Below, piece by piece: positions 1 through 10,100 of a DNA stretch of 64,000 nt. Position 1 is the first letter of the stretch, and every line of letters begins with the position of its first letter. The position numbers and the translations under genes are program-made. The stretch lies in contig CATNEN010000001.1 in assembly GCA_950097015.1 (NCBI GenBank), forward strand, positions 6,820,001-6,884,000, in the 5' to 3' direction. This DNA comes from Macrostomum hystrix. Taxonomy: Eukaryota; Animalia; Platyhelminthes. The notes beneath the pieces were generated by a model, which saw nothing but the letters and a program-made list of their open reading frames with translations, was not told the DNA's origin and ran no database searches.

Positions 1-204
1 TACAATAATATAGCTTAGCTAACAATGACACTATGTTTTAATCCAAGCTATATAACTATAAATAACAACTTTTAAATAGATATTGAACATTAAAGTACAT
101 ACTACAGGCAATTTCCTAGCTCAATTCGCTGAGCATGTATAGGACAACTATGAAACTTAAAAAACTCAAATTAATGAGCTCATATTGTAAAGCGATCATT
201 TGTG

Positions 205-1797
205 GACTATAGTTCTCAAGAACTATAGCGGATAATAGTTCTCAAGAACTATAGCGGATAATAGTTCTCAAGAACTATAGCGGATAATAGTTCTCAAGAA
301 CTATAGCGGATAATAGTTCTCAAGAGGGCGGATGAGGAAGCGGATAATAGTTCTCAAGAGGGCGGATGAGGAAGCGGATAAGAGTTCTCAAGAGGGCGGA
401 TGAGGAAGCGGATAAGAGTTCTCAAGAGGTCGTATGAGGAAGCGGATAAGAGTTCTCAAGAACTATAGCGGATAATAGTTCTCAAGAGGGCGGATGAGGA
501 AGCGGATAAGAGTTCTCAAGAGGGCGGATGAGGAAGCGGATAAGAGTTCTCAAGAGGGCGGATGAGGAATCGGATAAGAGTTCTCAAGAGGTCGTATGAG
601 GAAGCGGATAAGAGTTCTCAAGAACTATAGCGGATAATAGTTCTCAATAGGGCGGATGAGGAAGCGGATAATAGTTCTCAAGAGGGCGGATGAGGAAGCG
701 GATAATAGTTCTCAAGAGGGCGGATGAGGAAGCGGATAATAGTTCTCAAGAGGGCGGATGAGGAAGCGGATATTAGTTCTCAAGAGGGCAGATAAGGAAG
801 CGGATAATAGTTCTCAAGAGGGCGGATGAGGAAGCGGATAATAGTTCTCAAGAGGGCGGATGAGGAAGCGGATAATAGTTCTCAAGAGGGCGGATGAGGA
901 AGCGGATATTAGTTCTCAAGAGGGCGGATGAGGAAGCGGATAAGAGTTCTCAAGAGGGCGGATGAGGAAGCGGATAAGAGTTCTCAAGAGGGCGGATGCG
1001 GAGCGGATAATAGTTCTCAAGAGGGCGGATGCGGAGCGGATAAGAGTTCTCAAGAGGGCGGATGCGGAGCGGATAAGAGTTCTCAAGAGGGCGGATGCGG
1101 AGCGGATAATAGTTCTCAAGAGGGCGGATGGGGAGCGGATAATAGTTCTCAAGAGGGCGGATGAGGAAGCGGATAATAGTTCTCAAGAGGGCGGATGAGG
1201 AAGCGGATAATAGTTCTCAAGAGGGCGGATGAGGAAGCGGATAATAGTTCTCAAGAGGGCGGATGCGGAGCGGATAAGAGTTCTCAAGAGGGCGGATGAG
1301 GAAGCGGATAATAGTTCTCAAGAGGGCGGATGAGGAAGCGGATATTAGTTCTCAAGAGGGCGGATGAGGAAGCGGATAAGAGTTCTCAAGAGGGCGGATG
1401 AGGAAGCGGATAATAGTTCTCAAGAGGGCGGATGAGGAAGCGGATATTAGTTCTCAAGAGGGCGGATGAGGAAGCGGATAAGAGTTCTCAAGAGGGCGGA
1501 TGAGGAAGCGGATAATAGTTCTCAAGAGGGCGGATGAGGAAGCGGATATTAGTTCTCAAGAGGGCGGATGGGGAAGCGGATATTAGTTCTCAAGAGGGCG
1601 GATGGGGAAGCGGATATTAGTTCTCAAGAGGGCGGATGAGGAAGCGGATATTAGTTCTCAAGAGGGCGGATGGGGAAGCGGATATTAGTTCTCAAGAGGG
1701 CGGATGAGGAAGCGGATATTAGTTCTCAAGAGGGCGGATGAGGAAGCGGATAATAGTTCTCAAGAGGGCGGATGGGGAGCGGATAAGAGTTCTCAAG
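205..1797. repeat. Minisatellite, 34-bp unit GCGGATAATAGTTCTCAAGAGGGCGGATGAGGAA (26- and 33-bp variants)
   Basis: Direct tandem periodicity. Confidence 0.97.
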
Positions 1798-1799
1798 GG

Positions 1800-1972
1800 C
1801 GCAGTCGCGGAGAGAAGGCTTGGGGGCTTGTCGTGCAGTTTACGCCATTGAGGGCCAACCTTCAAGGCACAGTGCGAGTGTACACTGCCTGACAGTGAGA
1901 AAGTCAGGTTAGATGTACACACCTGTGTGAGTGTGTGCATGCGTACGGTATTTGTGTGCGTGTGTGCTCAGG
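1800..1972 (+). mobile_element. SINE family B, 3' part
   Basis: GCAGTCGCGGAGAGAAGGCTTGG...GAGGGCCAACC...GTGTACACTGCCTGAC...GATGTACACACCTGTGTGAGTGTGTGC...TCAGGA aligns to 59635-59772. Confidence 0.75.
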
Positions 1973-2030
1973 AGTGAGCAAAATGAGTAAACTTAAGTGC
2001 CAACAATTTCACGTATTTGTTTGCTCTCAC

Positions 2031-2446
2031 CAATTTTCATTGAACAATGATTCGGTAGCCAAATTCTCGAGAATATATGCGCAAACAGCGAGTCTAGTTA
2101 GCAGTGTATCCTTCTCTACACTGTCGGCTGACGTAGCAGCATCTCTGGAAGTGGTAGAAGCTGTCGCAGTCGCCGATTCTTCCAGACTCCCATTTGCATC
2201 TCTCAGATACTTCAGTGTGAGCTCAATAGCTTGCGAACCAACTCCGCCGCAGTTTAGATTGTCAGTCGAATTAAGTTTCAAAGTTATTAGGGCGTTATTA
2301 GCCAGATTAAATCTGGCTACGAACCATATCTTAATCTGCAGATTAAGCAGCTTAGCGGTGATAGCACTAAAGTCCGAGTTCTGTGGCGCATTCAACAACA
2401 GCCTCACTGTGGCTAGCCATACTACAGTTAGAAATAGGTTAGTCAT
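2031..2446 (-). CDS. Probable first coding exon of an uncharacterised secreted/membrane protein (gene may continue left of the window)
   Basis: Acceptor TTTCCAG at 2452-2453, then ATG at 2446. Hydrophobic N-terminus MTNLFLTVVWLATVRLLLNA, about 138 open codons of non-repetitive sequence, ending at a GTGAGA donor (2030), which overlaps a TGA. No family recognised. Confidence 0.45.
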
Positions 2447-3555
2447 CGTGCCTGGAAATAGCTTTCTGTCAAATAATTTGAAACACAAATTTTAAGTCGT
2501 TAAAGATGTCAATTTTTTAATCTACGGGTGAAATAGTTGATCATTTATACTCTTTCAATGAGGCTTATTTCAATTCCTTATTCCAAAAAGTAAATGCGCG
2601 AAAGAAATATTGGATTTCCCGTAGCGAAAAAAAGTTACGCCAGATACCCTTAACAATGTCCCGCATGTACGCTCACAACCACAAAACAAGACAATGGAAG
2701 TTCAGTAAAATTATTTTTAGAATATATATTAATAAACATATCGTCTTTAAGAATGCTGAAGCTATTTCTAGGAATTATTCCAATTCGAAGAAAAATGACA
2801 GTAGATTTAGTTCCCGATTGTGATTATTAAGAGATCGAGTGATTCTGAATTTCACTCATTAATCATAAAATAACAATAAGCGAATCTGAAAAGTTTCTTT
2901 TGAGAGTTTATTTTAAAATCTAAAAGATAAAAGCGTTAAAAGATAATTTATGATTGAGATTTTGATCGAACGTAAACTCTGTTTATTTTTTACTTCATAG
3001 CATGAAACCTGTAAAAAGTAGAAAAGCACTGATTTATTTATAATATAAAACTTCGTTTTCATGTTTGAAATTAAATCTGCCTGTATTATAATGGAATTTG
3101 TATGCATTTTATTGACACAAATCGAAAAGTTGTATTTAATACTCGTATATGCGGAGGACATGCTGATTAAATCAGTACATTACTTATCAGTAAATTATAA
3201 CAAGAATATCCTTTTAGTGTACTTTAACAAAAGAAAAGTGCGAATTTTTTATTTGTAATTAATCGTTGCAGAAGAAAGAAAAAACTTAGCATAAGTCTAT
3301 AATGAGTTCTTAATCAGCGAATTTGCATAAACAGAGCTAAATTAAAATAACTGTGTAGGAACTGTTTACATAAACTATTTAATTTGCTCATAGTACGAAA
3401 AACATAATTCTGCGATACGATCAAGAAGCAAAAAAATTAATTCAATTCTTACGACAATTTTTTCTGGTTTAATAGGCATACAGAAGCTACAGTGAAAGTT
3501 TATTCCATGATAGTTTATTTTTGTAAACTAAAATTATTTGAAAAAGCGTTTCACC

Positions 3556-5445
3556 CTACTGGCAGCGCCACTGAATGGCGTAGAACACGAGAGATTCAAT
3601 GGTAAAAACAGCACTAACCACCGCCATGATGAAACTGCTGCCGCGACCAAGCGCACTGTACAAGCCGAAAATAGGAAATTTCTCTGTGTTAGGCGCGATG
3701 GCCAATGGGATAACTAGAAGAATGCCTAGAATTTTTAAATTAGGAAAAAAATATTTATTACGAGTGCAGCAAACCATAGTGACTAAAAAAACTCAGCTTA
3801 TCATTTAAGAACTGTTCCGCTCTCCGTCCGCCCTCTTCCGCTCCTACATTTTTGTTCGGCGCATGCAGCTATGTACTTACCGGCCACAAAGCAGAGCAGA
3901 GCACACCCGGGTTTAATCATTTTGTTCTCCCTCGCTGCCGGAACAGTCACGGAGGCAATCTCCAAGATAAGACACAGGGCGACGGCTGACAGACCGGAGA
4001 TAAGAAGTCCCCTGATCACTGCGGGTAAAAGCAAAGATTCTAAAATGAGTGTTTACATTAGCAACGAGCTCTAGAAATTAAACAGCACTTTTCGATTTGT
4101 CACAACCTGTCGGCTATAATTGAAACTTATACATACGGTCATTGTGAAGACTGATCGATGACCCGCCTTCCCTATATAATATGGTCATTGTGAAGACTGA
4201 TGACCCGCCTTCCCCATAATATGGTCATTGTGAAGACTGATGACCCGCCTTCCCTATAATATGGTCATTGTGAAGACTGATGACCCGCCTTCCCTATAAT
4301 ATGGTCATTGGGAAGACTGATGACCCGCCTTCCCTATAATATGGTCATTGTGAAGACTGATGACCCGCCTTCCCTATAATATGGTCATTGTGAAGACTGA
4401 TGACCCGACTTCCCCATAATATGGTCATTGGGAAGACTGATGACCCGCCTTCCCTATAATATGGTAATTGTGAAGACTGATGACCCGCCTTCCCTATAAT
4501 ATGGTCATTGTGAAGACTGATGACCCGCCTTCCCTATAATATGGTCATTGTGAAGACTGATGACCCGACTTCCCCATAATATGGTCATTGGGAAGACTGA
4601 TGACCCGCCTTCCCTATAATATGGTCATTGGGAAGACTGATGACCCGCCTTCCCTATAATATGGTCATTGTGAAGACTGATGACCCACCTTCCCTATAAT
4701 ATGGTCATTGTGAAGACTGATGACCCGCCTTCCCTATAATATGGTCATTGTGAAGACTGATGACCCGCCTTCCCTATAATATGGTCATTGTGAAGACTGA
4801 TGACCCGACTTCCCCATAATATGGTCATTGGGAAGACTGATGACCCGCCTTCGCTATAATATGGTCATTGGGAAGACTGATGACCCGCCTTCCCTATAAT
4901 ATGGTCATTAGGAAGACTGATGACCCGCCTTCCCTATAATATGGTCATTCGGAAGACTGATGACCCGCCTTCCCTATAATATGGTCATTGTGAAGACTGA
5001 TGACCCGCCTTCCCTATAATATGGTCATTGTGAAGACTGATGACCCGCCTTCCCTATAATATGGTCATTGGGAAGACTGATGACCCGCCTTCCCTATAAT
5101 ATGGTCATTGTGAAGACAGCGGACGAATCCTATTTGGTCGATTGTGAAGAAGAGATTGTGAACCCCCGTCCCTATGTTGACCATAATCGGTGCAGATTTA
5201 TGATGATTAACTTATTTAATCGATACTGAAAGCAAATAATTCAAATGGAGTGATTCAAACAAACCAGTCACATTATCCGTGTTAAACAGTCCGGTTGAGT
5301 CAGCCGTGCAAACATATGTAAAAGAGAGGGATTTTACAGGCGAATGGTGCACAAAAAAGTCCTTGGTTGTGCAGGCAATTATGCCGCAAATCAATGCTGC
5401 TGACAGTGTTGCAATTGCCACCTGATGAAAAGAAATTGTCACCAT
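3556..5445 (-). CDS. Small four-transmembrane PMP22/claudin-like protein, 162 aa, 3 exons
   Basis: Exons 5445-5265, 4018-3881, 3725-3556 with GT-AG sites and consistent phases (489 nt). Four hydrophobic segments (VAIATLSAALICGIIAC; GLLISGLSAVALCLILEIA; CALLCFVAGILLVIPLAI; SFIMAVVSAVFTIESLVFY) and a GLF motif in loop 1. Confidence 0.7.
4136..5117. repeat. Minisatellite, 40-bp unit TATAATATGGTCATTGTGAAGACTGATGACCCGCCTTCCC, in intron 1 of the 4-TM gene
   Basis: About 24 tandem units. Confidence 0.97.
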
Positions 5446-5844
5446 TTTCTAGTCGGGTATTGTAGGCTAACTTTCGACTGTAGCTAAGAAGTCACGCGGA
5501 TGAAAACTGCATGCGCAGATGTATAAATGCTGCAGTAAGGAAAATATAAATAGCTTCAGGGGGGCAATTATAAGATGCTGTGCTGATAAGCATTTAATAG
5601 TGTCCATGCAATACGTCTTGGATTTATATCTATAGTAAGTGGCGCAATTTTTTTCATCCGTTGGCACATTTAAATGCGCATTTGAAACGAAATTTGCAAC
5701 TGCGCATGAACGTTGCAAATGCAACTACATATAACTGGTTTTATCCGCCTGAACTTTATACATGAAATTATAGCTCGTAGCTATAGGCATTCAATATTAA
5801 ATGTACATATTCTGTGTGCTGACATGGACAAATCGTACCAGGGG

Positions 5845-5877
5845 CAGACGGGAATCGAACCCCCGACCTTCAAGTCC
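5845..5877 (-). mobile_element. Fragment of a SINE-A tRNA head
   Basis: CGGGAATCGAACCCCCGACCTTCAAGTC is nearly identical to 6881-6908. Confidence 0.55.
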
Positions 5878-5885
5878 TAGGCTAC

Positions 5886-6277
5886 TGTAAGCCTAGCTTT
5901 AATTGCAAATACGCTTCAGAACATTGTATTTTCATGGCTCAATGATTCGCGTACACGACGAGGCGTCCGTGGATCGATACGGCCCAGGAATGTGAGGAAG
6001 AAGTTCGGCGAGCGTTCGCTGGGGAGCGTGTGCGTGTGGGACAAAGAAACAGCTGCCCCTGTGTTAGCAATCTCCCAGCGTTTCTCCCTCTCTCCCCATT
6101 CTGCCTCTGTTGTGCGCGCTGCTTGAATTTAAATACACTGGAAGCGAGAGGCAGAGCTCTCGGCCGCTTTTCATGTGACTCCGGAGTCCACACAGAAAAG
6201 GGCCTCTGGCCCGTGGAGCGTTAATCTCTCTGTTGCTGTGGCAGAAGGTAACAGGAAGACAAAACTTTCCTGTTATA
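5886..6277 (-). mobile_element. Solo-LTR-like insertion, about 392 bp
   Basis: GC-richer island starting TGTAA and ending TTATA (one change from TTACA), flanked by the 5-bp direct repeat GCTAC (5881-5885 and 6278-6282). On the minus strand there is a TATA-like TATTTAAA mid-element and ATTAAA near the 3' end. Confidence 0.6.
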
Positions 6278-6616
6278 GCTACTAATAGGCTACGCTACTA
6301 CTATTATGCTTGCCTCAAGTAGTCCCTTCTGTGCATGCGTGGGTTATAAATGCCGCGAAGTGCCCACACACACATAAATATAACGAAGTCTCTCTGATGA
6401 AATCGTTTTCAAGAAACGAAAATGCGGAAAAACGAAACGTCAATATACGAGCTACAAGCTAGCTCGTAACACCAGGTAACTTCGCAGGCTTATTTTTATT
6501 TTAAAAGCAGTTTTTTTTGCAAAAAATAGAAATGGATGGATAGACAACTTTTTCACAAAGATTCAGAAAAATAACTTTGAATTTGTTTCTTTACAAGATG
6601 GCGAAAGAAGTAAAAA

Positions 6617-6942
6617 CTAATGATGAATAATAATTATAATAATAATAATAATTGATTACACCTGCCCCAATTGGGTCAGATGTGCAGCCGACAGCACAGC
6701 CGCAGCTAATGCGCGGCGCATCTGAAGGCTGCCTACAGCTGTTCAGTCCATGGACTGGGGGGACGCCACACCCACCTTCAATTATCCAAGCTGATGCTGG
6801 TACCCATTTAACAGCTGGATGAACTGAAGCAATGCAGAGTTAAGTGTCTTGCTAAAGGACGCAAATTGTTCCAGTGGAGTCGGGAATCGAACCCCCGACC
6901 TTGAAGTCGTGAGTCCGACGCTCTAACCACTAGGCTACAACC
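6617..6942 (-). mobile_element. tRNA-derived SINE, family A (full-length copy)
   Basis: Minus-strand head GGTTGTAGCCTAGTGGTTAGAGCG...GGTTCGATTCCCG (A and B boxes). CORE-like centre GTCCTTTAGCAAGACACTTAAC...CAGCTGTTAAATGGGTACC and a TTA-rich tail. Homologous to 31509-31732 and 32553-32855. Confidence 0.85.
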
Positions 6943-7136
6943 TCTTACTGATAAAACAACTTTTTTAAAATTTAACTTTTCGATCAGAAACAAAATTCTT
7001 ACAATTACTTTATAAGGAAAATGTTTGTCTGCAGATAATGATTTAGGATGAAAATTTTTTTAAGCTTAAAACAAATGATTTGTGAAAAACTGTGAAAATG
7101 TAACACTTTGATGTACTTCATGTACTTTGATGTACT

Positions 7137-10100
7137 CTAATAGCCAAGCGCCGTGAGCTCATCGCTAATTCTAGCCAGGTAGGTTGGATCCGGATAGCCG
7201 TGACTGAAAATAATTGGTGGCAATTGATAAAAACTGACTGGCAACAACATATGCCTTCACCAGCATATTCAACCAGCACCTTCAACCAGCATCTTCAACC
7301 AGCATCTTCAACCAGCATATTCAACCAGCACCTTCAACCAGCATCTTCAACCAGCATCTTCAACCAGCATATTCAACCAGCACCTTCAACCAGCATATTC
7401 AACCAGCATATTCAACCAGCATATTCAACCAGCACCTTCAATCAGCATATTCAACCAGCACCTTCAACCAGCATATTCAACCAGCATATTCAACCAGCAC
7501 CTTCAATCAGCATCTTCAACCAGCACCTTCAATCAGCATCTTCAACCAGCACCTTCAACCAGCACCTTCAACCAGCATCTTCAACCAGCATCTTCAACCA
7601 GCACCTTCAACCAGCACCTTCAACCAGCATCTTCAACCAGCACCTTCAACCAGAATCTTCAACCAGCACCTTCAACCAGCATATTCAACCAGCACCTTCA
7701 ACCAGCATCTTCAACCAGCATATTCAACCAGCACCTTCAACCAGCATATTCAACCAGCATATTCAACCAGCACCTTCAACCAGCATATTCAACCAGCACC
7801 TTCAATCAGCATCTTCAACCAGCACCTTCAATCAGCATCTTCAACCAGCACCTTCAACCAGCATATTCAACCAGCACCTTCAACCAGCATCTTCAACCAG
7901 CACCTTCAACCAGCACCTTCAACCAGCATATTCAACCAGCACCTTCAACCAGCACCTTCAACCAGCATATTCAACCAGCACCTTCAACCAGCATATTCAA
8001 CCAGCATCTTCAACCAGCACCTTCAACCAGCATATTCAACCAGCATATTCAACCAGCACCTTCAACCAGCATATTCAACCAGCATATTCAACCAGCACCT
8101 TCAATCAGCATCTTCAACCAGCACCTTCAATCAGCATCTTCAACCAGCACCTTCAACCAGCATATTCAACCAGCATCTTCAACCAGCACCTTCAACCAGC
8201 ATATTCAACCAGCACCTTCAACCAGCATATTCAACCAGCACCTTCAACCAGCATATTCAACCAGCATATTCAACCAGCATATTCAACCAGCACCTTCAAC
8301 CAGCATATTCAACCAGCATATTCAACCAGCATATTCAACCAGCACCTTCAACCAGCATATTCAACCAGCATATTCAACCAGCATATTCAACCAGCACCTT
8401 CAACCAGCATATTCAACCAGCACCTTCAACCAGCATATTCAACCAGCATATTCAACCAGCACCTTCAACCAGCATATTCAACCAGCATATTCAACCAGCA
8501 CCTTCAACCAGCATATTCAACCAGCACCTTCAACCAGCATATTCAACCAGCATATTCAACCAGCACCTTCAACCAGCATATTCAACCAGCATATTCAACC
8601 AGCACCTTCAACCAGCATATTCAACCAGCACCTTCAACCAACAACTCCCATTTCGCACCCTTCAGCTCCACCATCCACTCGAGTTTTGTGGTGCACGGTG
8701 GCCCAGGTGATGGTGTTGTCCATTCCAGTGGTGGCGCTGGTTCCAACGGTGAAGACAGCTCGGCCATCGAACGCCGCTTTCAAGCGTCTGACAATATCGC
8801 GACCGTCTGGTGAGTCGGGAAAATAAGTCACCCGGGAGATGCCGCGATAGGGCTGGCCAGGATTGGGGTGCTCGGGTCCCTGCAGGCCCGGCCCGAATGT
8901 GTAGGTGACCACCTGTGTGGCGCAACCCTCGTGACCAGGTAGGCTTGAGGTCAGTTTAGTAACTGTCATGCTACCACCGATAGGCTGACTGCCAACTGCT
9001 GGCCGATATCTGCACAGTTCAATGTTAAGCGTAGCTTAATTAAGTTATTTGTTTACTAACTATTACTAACAATTTGTTTAATGAATTGTTAGCTAGAGGA
9101 TCTTATAGCTTAGATGCGTACATGCGGAGAAAGGACTGACAATGGGCGGATAACAGGACGAAATCTCTTATGCTACTACTGATGACAAGTAGTGTAGCGC
9201 CCAAAGTATTTACAAAAGGGTCCAAAAAGTGATTTAACAGACTGCTCCGCATACCTTTCCATGCACAGCGGGCAGAGTCCGTTGCTAGGCAACGCAGGAT
9301 CATGCAGGCGCCGCACACAACTGGCGCACAAACAGCCCCTGCCGCAGTGAAAATCCACTTCAGGATTTCGCCTAGAGATTTGCTGACAACAGAGGTCGCA
9401 ATCTTCGGAATTTTCGTCGCTTTCAACCGCTCGGGATTCGAACACGCGACCTTGAGCTGGCCTGGCACGATGCAGCGGCGGCGGTAGAATCCTGGGCAGT
9501 TGGACACCGAACCTAGCCTCCAGAGTAAGTCCCAGGGTAGCCAGTGTTTCCAGGCCCAGATCGCAGATGCAGATGCGATGTAGGTCGCCAGTTCGATTCC
9601 TGGCATTGTGAAACACTTCCGCTATTACGTGAGCAAAATCAACCGACTTGTCAGTCCAAAAGGGTAGGCTAGCTCCAATTGGTGTCATTGCAACGATGCG
9701 AACCGCATTCTCAGTAGACAGACGAACCAAAGTGTCTAACAGAGCATTCAAAATATTTTTCATTATAGACTTAAACTCATTGGAGTCTATGCTGGCTTCC
9801 AATCGCTGATCGTTGGGCAGAGCTAGGAACAGAATGTAGCGAGCTGGCAGTTGAGAACCAACAGGAGAGGCCACCAGTCTGCTATCTCCAAATTTCAGAT
9901 TTTGGCTCTGCTGTGCTTGCCGGCACAGCTGATGAAGCTGTTGCTGACCAGACTGGGAAAGAAATCAGAGAGTGGCACAGCGGTTCAAGTGTTTGGCTCC
10001 CGCACCAAGGTTCCTGAGCGCTTTAAGTTTCAGTTGAGGGCCAACCTCCTAAGGCACAGTGGGATTCCTGAGCGCTTCACTCCCACACTCACAGTGGGAG

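Noticed and set aside
5905-6080. U3 snoRNA or other structured ncRNA (GAGGAAGA, GAGCGTG)
   Set aside because: Boxes C and D are not found in the proper positions; the TSD and termini favour a solo LTR.
6870-6942. tRNA gene
   Set aside because: The A/B boxes are the head of a dispersed SINE that continues into a shared body and tail. The same applies at 32553 and 59560.
7200-8813. 537-aa plus-strand ORF
   Set aside because: It is the translation of a 13-bp minisatellite lying antisense in the Deltex gene's last intron.
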